Positions 1-10,872 of a stretch of 33,633 nt of DNA are shown piece after piece. A program made the translations under genes and the position numbers. The DNA lies in contig JYFJ02004247.1 in NCBI GenBank assembly GCA_000934665.2, positions 1-33,633 on the forward strand. Reading direction: 5' to 3'. The stretch is from Catajapyx aquilonaris (Eukaryota). Under the pieces are notes generated by a model. The model searched no databases, was not told the origin of the DNA, and saw only the letters and a list, made by a program, of their open reading frames with translations. Position 1 is the first letter of the stretch, and each line of letters starts with the position of its first letter.

Positions 1-28
1 TGATCAATATAGCCCCAAAATGAGTTAA

Positions 29-75
29 TCTTATCTTCCTTTCGCCAGAGTCTTATCAGGTCGCGGGTCTTATCT
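29..75 (-). promoter_or_regulatory. Cluster of three GATA motifs (WGATAAGA)
   Basis: TCTTATCT 29-36, TCTTATCA 51-58, TCTTATCT 68-75, all in the same orientation. Confidence 0.35.
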
Positions 76-539
76 GTACTCTTTTTTTTCACCTCCCATA
101 GCTTCCCAATCCCCCCCCTACGTCTGCCACCGTTCACACTGTTAAATACCTTACTCTTTCGCCTCACTGGATTTCGCAAGATGTTGTGCGGGATTGCTCT
201 GAATAGCCAGGATAACGTTAGAAATCGGCTCGCAAGGGAACTGATTCAATCAATATGTCGGCGACTGTACATCAACTATGATTCCGCACTAAATACATCT
301 GCATAATGTGAAAGGAATTCCAGCCATTCCGGACACGACAAACTGCCACATAATTACGCAATTATTCTATTTGACTCCTACCGCATTGCAGGTCTTCAAT
401 TAATTGTTACTAACCATTTAGAAATCAAGTGTATAGGCCTACTAAAAGAAATTAATTTGGGAATGGAGCATGTGCCTAATTTTTTTTCCGGCCAAGCCCC
501 CAGTTTCTCTCTCTTTAAAAATGAATTACTGTAAAATAT

Positions 540-560
540 TACAGGGTGGCGCACCATAAT
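540..560 (+). mobile_element. Tc1/mariner-like terminus remnant (TA-CAGGGTG...)
   Basis: TACAGGGTGGCGCACC; one of five exact TACAGGGTG 9-mers in the window. No matching partner end. Confidence 0.4.
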
Positions 561-731
561 TTTTAGCCGGGCTTTGGCGCCGTTTGCAGATATCCCATAT
601 GAAAAGCAAGCCTAAGTCTCTCTTGACATCTTCTCGCGCCAAAAGCAGGATGAATGGCTCCAAGGGCTGTTACCCTGAACTCTCACTTTTTTCTTATTCT
701 TCTTTCGGAAAAAAACGGGAATTCTCCTTAC

Positions 732-850
732 CTTCTTCTTCCAGAGCACTGCCCTGTACTGCGGCACACACTGGTCATTGGCATCGGTCAGGACCACGGA
801 CAGGAAGAATGGACACTTCTCCGGATCAGCCCCAACATAATTCTGGTGTA
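732..850 (-). CDS. GARNL3: GARNL3-like coding exon 5 (119 nt): (L)HQNYVGADPEKCPFFLSVVLTDANDQCVPQYRAVLWKKK
   Basis: Acceptor ttttttcgtgtttcag (ends at 851), donor AAG|gtaagg (726-731). Phase-1 entry completes TTA with the previous exon. Strong similarity to the recalled GARNL3 segment. Confidence 0.95.
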
Positions 851-877
851 CTGAAACACGAAAAAATGCAACTTGTA

Positions 878-900
878 AACTCAATCTGAAACACCCTGTA
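878..900 (-). mobile_element. Tc1/mariner-like terminus remnant
   Basis: Minus strand TACAGGGTGTTTCAGATTGAGTT (core 892-900), just upstream of the exon 5 acceptor. Confidence 0.4.
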
Positions 901-1695
901 CATTTTGGGCACCACTTTTGGGGTCCTCCAGATTCCAATTTGAATCTGAGGTGCGAACTAAATCCTGCAGCAATCCCTCCGTCGCCCGGAGCACCTATCT
1001 CTATTTGACTTCTCATTTGGCTGTTCACGGTCCACGTGAAATAGATTACGGCAGATGCAAACACTGGGATGGGACACACTGACTCTGGAAAATCCGTATA
1101 TACTTCCCATCCCTCAGGCTCCTATCCGGCGGCGCATTCGGTAATGAGATTCAGTTCAGCTGGGACACACAGGGCCTCTGAATGATTGATTCGCGGCCGT
1201 TGATGTTTCATAATGGAACCCTGAATCCAGTCGTTTCCCACCGACAGAACTACCCAAATCGCTTTTTGGAGAGAGCCAGAGCGCCATTTCCACTCGTGTC
1301 GCTCATTTCACCTTCACTTTCACTAGAAACCAGGATTGTCTTTAAAATAAACTCACATTTTTCAAACATCATTTGCACTTCTATAAGAGCAAGTGCAAAA
1401 CCCTGTTCATGCCTCAGGTACAAGGCAAAAATAAAATCAATCGCAGGCAGCTGTAGCGGTACACACCCCAAGCCCTGATGAAAATCCGGTCCGAGTGCTC
1501 ATAAATTTCGGCGCCGTGAAATAAATTGGGAACATCCTTCAATGGCTATTCCTTCCTAACACTCCTCCCACTATTATTCACCTCAGAAGGAACGAAGAAG
1601 CCTGTTGCGCAACTAGCCGCTTCGACAAGACCACGAGATTTTAGGATGGACCAGAAAAATTAAATAATTTTTCTAAATGTTAAAAAATTACTTAC

Positions 1696-1777
1696 ATTTA
1701 CCCAGGAAATACTTGAAGTACCATCTGGTTTGATATTCAGGGTTTTCCAACACCGGAGTGGTCGGGCTGCTGTATAT
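1696..1777 (-). CDS. GARNL3: GARNL3-like coding exon 4 (82 nt): IYSSPTTPVLENPEYQTRWYFKYFLGK
   Basis: Acceptor atttcattgcag, donor T|gtaagt (1690-1695). Contains the LENPEYxTRWYFKYFLG motif. Too short to appear in the ORF track. Confidence 0.95.
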
Positions 1778-1854
1778 CTGCAATGAAATAATATATGTAT
1801 TATTTATTAACTTATCTGAGGCTACAAACCAGATGATAGAAATGATGGGCAAGA

Positions 1855-1876
1855 AATTCAGCGAGCACCCTGTATA
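1855..1876 (-). mobile_element. Tc1/mariner-like terminus remnant
   Basis: Minus strand TATACAGGGTGCTCGCTGAATT (core 1866-1874). Confidence 0.4.
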
Positions 1877-3559
1877 AAGAGTGTGGTGGGATTTCGTCGC
1901 CGAGGCAGAGGCAGGCGAGTGTATGAATATTTTGTGGCCGAAAAGTCCGGGGGATGCTCCGGAAAACTTTGTTTCAAACTCATCCCCGGCCTTTCCGGAT
2001 GAGATTAGGGCCGTTAGTTTGGCCGGATAATCCAGTTATGGTAGGGACGGACTCGGATTTGGTTACGATATTTTATTATGTTTTTTTTTCTAGTCGGAGA
2101 CCACACGACGCGACGGGTCAAAAGCCTTGCCGAGTACTACCACGATCAATCATAACTATTACAACTGGCACCGGCTGTTCAAAAATTACCAAACTTTAAA
2201 ATTAGTCTGAAAAGTTGGAGCAACTAATGAACATGCATCGCTCAAAAAAAAAGTTTGCACAGAAAATGATACCCTGCAGGAGACTTTCCAGAGAGCGAAG
2301 TTTTTTGACGAAAAAAAAAACCCGGATGTCGCAAAATTTAATATTTACAGGCCTCTCTTTGTAGTATCACATTCCAAAACCACTTTATATGAGCTCCCTC
2401 GAATTTTCATAAATCCAAGCGCCCCCCTTTATATGGAGCGTTCTTTGACAAAAGGACACCGCAAGTGGCACTTTTCGCCGAAATAGTTGCAAAAATCCTG
2501 GATCGATCCGTGCAACTGACACCCATTCGGCGAACCCTGTTTGCTATCAGTGGGTAAACACCGTTTCATGTGACGGCAGACTGGGTCTTGAAACATGCAA
2601 GTGCCGAGGTTTTCCTCGAAAAGTCTCCTGACACCTTTTGTTATCATATTCGGGTCACGGTCGTACATTTGGTATGCGACGACCTTTGACCTTCGTGAAC
2701 TAGAAGTTTCACACACTTCCAGTTAGAGACTCTCCTTTAAGGCTTTTTCCCGCCTTTAGACAGTGCCATTTGTGGAAATTTTGAGCTAAAAAGGGCACCA
2801 ATGCAAAAAAAAAAAAGTAAAAAATAATTGAGGCTAAAATTGCCCGAGGTGGAATAAAACAGATTGGAAATAAGACGTGATATGACTATTAATTATTATT
2901 ATTAAGGTTCCTCTTTATGGGTCACGTTTTTTGCCAGGTTTTTCACGTGCCAATTTGCAAAATATATTTTTTTCCACCATCTCTCTGCTTGACATACCAC
3001 CAGGCTGAGGTCCTCCAAATGTTATCTTTTAATTAAAAATGGCCTGGTTTCCCATCTTTTCGCACCAGGCCTCGCCATTTCTTATCGAAACAATCCTGGA
3101 GGGTTAGGTGTGAGCAAAGGGGTTTTCCGCCAAACAGTTTTGTCCCCATTCCCCGCAAACCCTGGTGCAAGGAGCTTGTTTCTATGTAAATGAGCCGCCC
3201 CAAACAAGGGAGGTGAGGAGGGAGCCCAACAGGGATTATTTACTCACTTGTTGTTGATGAAGCACATTAATGGCAGGTCTCCTCTCTACGGAGCCCATGG
3301 CCCGGATGTGTTTTTGGGGGAGGTTAGTACGTTTCCAGCCAGCTCTAAACCTCGTCTCATTTAGTGTGCGGTAACGAGTATCATTGCATAACCCGTGCTG
3401 ACTGGCGTTTGATGGCGGGGTCATTGTGGTGGATGCCACTATGCAAATATGAGGGCCGTGTGTGGATCATCTGAGCAAAAGGGCGCAAATTCGCGATGCA
3501 TTCATCAAAATGTGATTTCAGCTGCATCAACATTTCCGACTCAACGACGACGCAACTAT

Positions 3560-3850
3560 TAAAATACATACTCGCGCAATAAAAACACGATGAAAATATC
3601 AGTGCAATAATTAAATAGCTATACGGTATAATTAAAACAAATGTAACCAAATAATAAATTAATAAAAATAACAAAACAATAAATTAATAAAATAATTATA
3701 GAAATCACATTTACAAATCAAATGCTTACCCATATTAAATAAAGCAAAATATAACGGGTAAAAAATAAAATACATGCTTAACTGAAATAAAATAGCGCCA
3801 ATTATAGAGCAAAATGTAAATGAAATAATGGGCAGCATTAAAAAACAAAC
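3560..3850. repeat. A-rich low-complexity tract (U-rich on the pre-mRNA strand)
   Basis: Strong A skew with AAAT/AAAAT-type words; explains the hydrophobic minus-strand pseudo-ORFs here. Confidence 0.7.
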
Positions 3851-5413
3851 GGAGGAGTATGAAACGTCCCGCAAACAAATATGTACTCAAAGCCTGAAAC
3901 AAAAATTGTATTTGATTTAGGATTATTTCCTGCCCTATTTACGTGCCATATGGTTCACATTACTGCATGCAACACTTAAGTGGAATTTTTAATGTTGTTT
4001 GCATTTGTATCCTTTTGCTCAAATGCTATGCTTGGGAATTTTATAGGAGGTTGTGGTTATTTCCACGGATGTTTTTGGCCTGGAGACTTCAAAGGAAGAC
4101 AACAATTTTAACGTCTGGCTGGGAGACGAGGGATCAAAAGGAGTTCTCTTTTTTCCCCCTTTTCTTTGGGTTGCAAACGTCTTAAATGTTGGGCGAGGGA
4201 ATTCGACCGGAGTGATTTGATCTCAATTTGTCATGTTCGGCGGAGCGTTGCGGCGACATTTCGCGAAGGTTGCTGTCGCTGCAATGATTTGGAATCATTT
4301 GGTTCCCCAATCCTTGTTAAATAAACCGGAAAAAAGAAGCGTTGGATTGACTTGCGGGATGTACAGTAGAAAGGTTTTCGCAAGGTTCGTTACCCGGAGG
4401 CGCTCGCAGCATTTGTCATCTCCTAAAGGCGGCGCATTTGTTGCAACGTGTGTTATTTAAAAACCCTTTAACAAATAGTTTACTTTGTCAGGCTTAATAT
4501 CAAAGGTTGCGAATTATAATTTTATGAGCCACAAAATTACAAAATGAAACCTGACGTAATATTTTGGACAAGAAAGAGTTCATTATTGTAATACTGTATT
4601 GAGCAGGACAGTATACAAATTTCATTTATAATTCAGGACAAAATACAGTTATATCACCGCATTATTCATGCCCATATCCAGCAGAATCCAGTATTCTGCG
4701 CTATATACTAGACGCGTGCTTAATATTTGCCGCAGTAAATGTTCATAAATGCGGGGCAGATTTTAAACCCTGATCCAGTATAAATACAACACATCACGTC
4801 TTACAGCAACCTCGAAAACCAGGCCTGATGCCCATGAATAATTCATACTCCTTGATTCGCACGACCTCTGTGTATATATTTTTACAACCCCCCAACTCCA
4901 TGCATAGCTTCATATAAACCGTAATGCACATGTTGAAACAAAAGTTTCCATCCCATGCACGCGTATAATGCAAACCTCCGCGGTCAAAAAAATTATACCT
5001 AATTAAAAAATTGCTCCTGGTCCGGACCATGTCCCGGTTTACACGGGACATTAAAATTCCAACTCCTCCTGTATTCATTAGCACACCAGCTCGGTTTACG
5101 ACATCCCTTGGAAATATGCTAACCTTATACCCTCCCATGAAAACGAGCTTGGATGGAATCTGTCCACAAGTTGGATATCTCCCAAGACGTGCTATTCCCC
5201 TAAGCGAATATCCCGGATTTATGTGACGACAGGCCTGGGACTTTAAATGGGACAACGATGACGATTTAAGGGGAGGACGTTTTAGAGATGATAAGGTGTA
5301 ATCTTCCGGAGACACTGATTTGGGGGAAGCGGGTGTTTATAACTGCCTGGATAATGGTTGTGCTTTATGCTTCTGAATACATCTTTTTTTTGCAGAAGAT
5401 GGATCCAACTTAC

Positions 5414-5500
5414 CTCGTCTTCTCCAAGGGACTCTGCATTTTCTATGCGGAATCGACGACCGTTGAGCAGCTCGTTGCCCTCAACTTCCACTTGAGGAAG
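5414..5500 (-). CDS. GARNL3: GARNL3-like coding exon 3 (87 nt): LPQVEVEGNELLNGRRFRIENAESLGEDE
   Basis: Acceptor ttctcgttttgcag, donor GAG|gtaagt (5408-5413). Phase 0/0. RFRIEN corresponds to the recalled RFRVEN motif. Confidence 0.9.
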
Positions 5501-5744
5501 CTGCAAAACGAGAATAATCAGGCTGTCAGTCCACGACACACAAATCCCATCAAATGGATTCCTGTACTATACAGGTTGGACCAAAAAAGAAGAAAACGGA
5601 GGGAGGGAAAAAATCAAACACGATTCGCATTTTCTACTCGCACAAAGCTGGGCTCAGAAATACGATTCAGAAGGTACAGTGCACTGCTCTTGTTTACAGA
5701 TGACCCTGTCCCGGCTGTACATTGACATATAAGATGCAAAAAAG

Positions 5745-5760
5745 TATATATATATATATA
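5745..5760. repeat. (TA)8 microsatellite
   Basis: Direct reading. Confidence 0.9.
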
Positions 5761-8700
5761 AAATATTCCGCTGAAATCATCCGGTTCTGGTTATATTACC
5801 TTCCAATAACAAAAACGGCAAACCCAAACAAATTAAAAACACATGCAGCACATTGGCTCCGAATCACAATGCACGAACGCCCAATGTGTGTTTTTGCTAA
5901 TTTTCTACTGACTTTACAAAAGCTTCTGTGTAACTTCGCTCACTATTTTTCCCCCTCCCTATCCAACAGATCACTCCCTTGAATAAACCGAACCGGGGAT
6001 TCTGCTTTGCAAGTACAAACCAAAGTCGGAGCTGTGACGGGGAGGTTTATTTCTGCACATGCTATCGGGGAGGCTCCGGAATGCAAATCCGGGCAAAATT
6101 CTACCAAGTGGAAATTTAAGGGCTTGGAGGTAAATTTTAGTCATCTCTAGCTCTTTTCCGAGCTAAAGATCATTCCGGATGGGCTAGTAATCCGGTGACC
6201 TTTCCGGGTCCGAAAAATCCCCTTCCCTGAGGGCACATCCAGGAAGAGATCCGGGACTCGATTAAAGTGCTTTCCGGGAGAACCGACGATTACCAAACCC
6301 TTGGAATATATAAGACTGGTCCGCAAATTGATAACCCATCTCGGTATAATTTCCTCTCGCTCACTCGGAAATCCGGGGAGCCTTTTCCGGAAAATTCCGG
6401 GGGATTGGAGTCTCTTTACCGCAGGAGAGAAAAGCCTCATCGGTTGTGAAAATCGGAGGCTACAAACTGAATCGCAATGTCTTTGGGAAAGGCTTCGTAT
6501 GCAAATGTTATCCAAATATTAGCAATTTTTTGGGATAAACAATTCGGCCGGTTTTACACCAAAAAATGAGTGTTTTTGACTGCTACCTATTTACAACAGC
6601 AGATAGCGTGTTTATTGGGTTCAGAAACTGCCAAGAAAATTTTGGGCAAAAAATTGACACATTTTCCTAGGGTTTAATGTGTGCAAAAAATATTGCACTT
6701 TGAACTTGAATACCCGGAAGCGTGCGATTACCAATCTCTCATCACACATCAATCACTCTCCCATTTTTATTAAACACCGGTTGAAGTAGGTACGTCGCAA
6801 AAAAATTTGCGATAAGACTTAACGCGTGTTGTCGCGATAAACATGAGAGTCACGGCTTGAACTCCCGGCAGTTTCCGCGTGCAAAACGGCGACTTTTAAA
6901 GCGCCATTAGCACCCTCAAATTCCACGGGAATTGCATTCGGAAAGAAACATTCCCCTCCAAGCAGACCGTGGTCTGAATCGCAAATGTGGGTCTCCCTTT
7001 TTTCGCAAATAATTCGCAAAAGTTGGGGGCTGTGAAAGTAACACGTTGCGGCCATTCCTCCGCCCAAAATACCGTCACGTGTTATCGACACATGTCGAGT
7101 GACGTCAACTGCTGCAAAAATTACCATGCATTAATCAAGGTTTGTGAACAGAGACTGAAGCATGCCAGCTGGATATTTGCACGGTCTGCTTGCGAAAGTT
7201 TAGGCCATTTCTTCTCCTTTTTTCTGAATATAAATGTGTGAGTTACATTGCCATGACCTGAGCATTTGGAAGTCTTCCCGGGTTGGACTGCAGTTCGACA
7301 ATGGGGGACAAGGATGCGAATTAGTGTCGGTTCAGCCAAAGTAATGTGACGGACCGGCTGGAAGATAAAAACCGGGCCTTACGAAGATTTTAGGCGGCGG
7401 AAGGGATCAATATAACTGGTTTCTGGGTCAATGCCAGGCTCCAAGGACAACAAGCAGGTGTATCCGCAGACATTCAGAAACACGAAGTTAGTCCTCGCTA
7501 GTCTAGATCACTGTGGCAACATCGCACACAGCACAACTGCATTTCAAAAAGGACTTACTGTAAGTAAAATAACATGACATCAATAATTATTGCCTCAAAA
7601 GATCATTTAATTACTATAACATAATAGACAGTACCCTCCCACTTGGGTCACTTTTCATCCTTGCATGATGCAACACTTATAAATTAAATTAATTCGGTGG
7701 TAAAAGAGTTAAATGTTTCTGAATGTGACCCACCGACACTGTTGGCCATGTTACTTGCGGCAGGAAATCCAAGCATTGTTGTAGTATTAAGTCAATTTTT
7801 CGGGTTCGTATCAGCTGCCTTCTATCTTTCCAAAGCTTTATCTAAATTGCCTGTCCCGAAGTAAAGGGTGACCCCATCAACGTTATTGGAAACGTTTCAA
7901 GGGAAAGTCAACCCCTTAAGGAATGTCTTTCGATACCTCCCAGCTTAGGGCGCATCCATCTGTTCAGAAAGAGGCTTAAAATGTCGGGTGTGGCAGCATC
8001 AAAGTTCACTCCTGGCTTTTTGATCTGCTTTTGCCGCAGCAGCATATGGCTTATTTTCTTTTCACAAAGGGCAAAAAGGTCGTTCTGGCCGACCCGATTC
8101 CTCCGGCAGCTCACGGTTGGGTCAACCTCGCCATATTGTGTCCCCGACTCGTCCTAGTCTTTCCTACGCTCCGTTTGCCCCATTGTTGGGAAGGTCTTTT
8201 CCAGCTCATTTCTTGGCCGCCGTCTTTAGGAAGATGGGCCTCGAGGCCATTCATTCCGCGGGGTCTCTCTCGGTTGGCTTTCATTACCACGGAACGTTAC
8301 TTGCTCTCGGTAATGGCCTGCCTCCCAGAGGAATTGCCCTAGGCGTCCACCCCCCAGGAGGTGAAGCACCTCACCGGTGGATAATTATTGTTGGCTTGTA
8401 ACAGCAGATACACGTAAGAGGGAGTTAATCACAAAGAAAATCTCCCGACTGTCCACATAGTAGCATATCCCTTCATAGATGGCGCATCCTCCCTCTCTGC
8501 ACACTATACTGCCACTCTCAGAGTCGTGCGGAGAATAGTGGTACTACATACACCTAGCTGATGACTCACCGCGGACAAACAAGTAATGATGAGACATAAT
8601 CATGCGAATGAGGGAGTTGCCGTTTAGTTTGTTGTAAAATACGGTCCACAGAGTAAAAGGACCAACTTGTCATTTTTGGGTGGTGTGTCGCAGCCGTTGA

Positions 8701-9553
8701 AAGGGGTCAGAGGCCGATTCAGGCAGCGCATTACGACCCTCGCAAGTTAACGAGCCTCATAAAAGCATCCCCCAAATTCATAATTGTCACACGTAACGAG
8801 TCCCGGGAAAGTGTCGAAAAAGGAACGTCCCCTGCAACAATGGACGACAGATATGAGGCGAAGCCTCGCACAAAATTTAGGATCACTGACTTATAAAACT
8901 GAGCAGTCAATAATAAGCGCCCTGCTTTTATGCATTTAATCGGCTACGACATTCTGCATTCAGGGCATGATAAAATGGTTGCCTTTCATCCTTCTGAGCA
9001 GCCTTTAGTTCCCCTGATACCTACCCTAATGAACAGAAACATGTCGCTAACAACGACTATCGCTCTAATCCTCCCCACCCACAGATAGACTTTCCACCAA
9101 AGAGTTTAATCGGTATCAGAAAAAGCATTTCTGATTTATTCACAGCTGATATTAAAATAACGCTACTTTTAACGCCATGATTACACTGATAGCTCCGTCA
9201 GTTTCTTTTTTTAAAAATGAGGCGCAATTCAATTTCATCAAGCAGTTCCCCAAATAACTAAATGAAAAGAGCTGCTTTCAATCCGAAACTTTTACAAGCA
9301 TGAAAATGCAATAAAAAGGATGGCAATTTTCCTGGCACTAAAAGGGATGGGAAAGAGAGCTCGAAAGTTCCTCATCATCCACTCTCTCTCTATATGGACC
9401 ATACACCATCCCCATACAGTGTCCTCATAATGCGAGAGGCGAGTAAGTCTGGATTAATCCACCTGATTGGAGCCTTGATTTGAGCCTAACTCTAATGGTA
9501 ACTAAATGAGTTAATGTCCTGCAATGCATGATGAGTTTAAAAATAGAACTTAC

Positions 9554-9623
9554 CAGCTCTACGGATCCATAGTGCCGACGGCTGAAGACGCCTCGGCGAG
9601 ATATGAGGTCGGAAGATGAAGAG
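9554..9623 (-). CDS. GARNL3: GARNL3-like coding exon 2 (70 nt): SSSSDLISRRGVFSRRHYGSVEL
   Basis: Acceptor tttattgttatttgcag, donor CTG|gtaagt (9548-9553). Phase 2 in, phase 0 out. Contains the RRGxFSRxHYGSVEL motif. Confidence 0.93.
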
Positions 9624-10855
9624 CTGCAAATAACAATAAAAAGGATTGTTAATAACGACAGGTATATAGGGCTACCTTGCTGGAATAGGGTTACATTCAT
9701 TTCATTGTAAGCCACACGTTTCAACCGCAGGCAACCTTTGACGTATGTGCAGATTTTTTTTGCAAGTTCGTTATGGCGTGGCATATTCGCACCATCGGAT
9801 ACAATTACGGAATGTGCAATCAGTGGGGTCTTTCTCCCGCGCGACTTTTTTTTTTAGTGCAGGAAAGTTCTGTTTGCCATTTCATAAAGTGCCAACTTAG
9901 CGTCAACCACTATCATTGTGTGCGCTTCCTGACCACATTTAATGAGACCGCACTGAAAATCGATCCCTCTTAAAACCGCGCAGGATTGAAGCTCATTAAT
10001 TCCTCGTGTGTTGATTTATGGTCAACTGATGGCACAACACACCACTCCCAACGAGTTATTGTTTTTCGACTCCTGTTTCTCCTCGCCTAATTGTTGCAGA
10101 CACCTGTGATACATAGTCTCCCAGGAGTTTGTCCATCCTACTTAATCCATCTATAATTTTGGTACTATAACAAGGATCAACCACTTGTTCATACATTCCC
10201 TAGATGAATCCCTCTGTATACCCCTGGAATCATCTGCAAGAGTACCCCCGGATTCCCACAATGATTTTCCAGCTTTTCTACCTCCTCGTCCCTGGACCAG
10301 AAAATGAGACGTGCACTGATGTATTGCCAGCTCTAAACATCCCCCGAGAGTTATGAAACGCCATAAAAACCTGAGACCAGCTCCCTATTCATCACAGTAG
10401 CCAGGCTCTGCCACGAGGCAAGGGGTCAAGCACGTAAAACCTTCGTGACCGTGATTTTTTTTAAACCATGGCCGTTATTTACTGTCGTTTTTTTGGTACA
10501 ATTCCGGTGCATTAGCGGTGTGTCCAGGTCGCGCAGGTCACTCCCCCCTTTTCCGTTTTCCCCCGTCTGGTAACCCTGCGAAACGGCGTGGCGTGGGGAC
10601 GCCATCGTGACGTCACTAGTGTCCATCGTAAACGGGCATTTGACGAGCCAGGCTACTGGTAACGCATCATAAACACGTCCCGGAGCCGGAATTACCCCGG
10701 AAGTCTATCCGATAGACAGTCACAGAGGCTATGGGACGTCTAGGCTGGGAACTTTTTTTTTGCGGACCATTGATCGGATGTGACAGCTGAATCAACTTGC
10801 ACATTTCTGAGCAGGATTCTGTCGCTGTCAGAGTTTTTTTTGGTAAACTTTTTTT

Positions 10856-10872
10856 GGGGGAGGGGGGGGGGG
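10856..10872 (+). repeat. G5-A-G11 homopolymer tract
   Basis: Direct reading; flanked by T runs. Confidence 0.85.

Noticed and set aside
1..731. Search for the next GARNL3 exon (expected G-x-QK-x-CLPY-like)
   Set aside because: No phase-0 acceptor here gives a matching peptide; the exon must lie beyond the left edge.
540..900. TACAGGGTG...CACCCTGTA as a single element that captured exon 5
   Set aside because: The two ends share nothing beyond the 9-mer, and the exon is a collinear, in-phase part of the host gene.
1475..1530. Other CTGATGA words as hammerhead cores (also 8558, 28243)
   Set aside because: No convincing stem II with a correctly placed GAAA/UH.
3381..3874. Hydrophobic F/I/L/Y-rich minus-strand ORFs resembling mitochondrial or membrane proteins
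   Set aside because: Explained by A-rich low complexity; no mitochondrial gene motif recognised.
4794..5315. Longest ORF in the track (173 aa, minus), and most other 60-145 aa ORFs in the window
   Set aside because: No recognisable domain, mostly non-ATG starts, random-looking composition, no supporting splice structure. Only ORFs overlapping the five exons contain real coding sequence.
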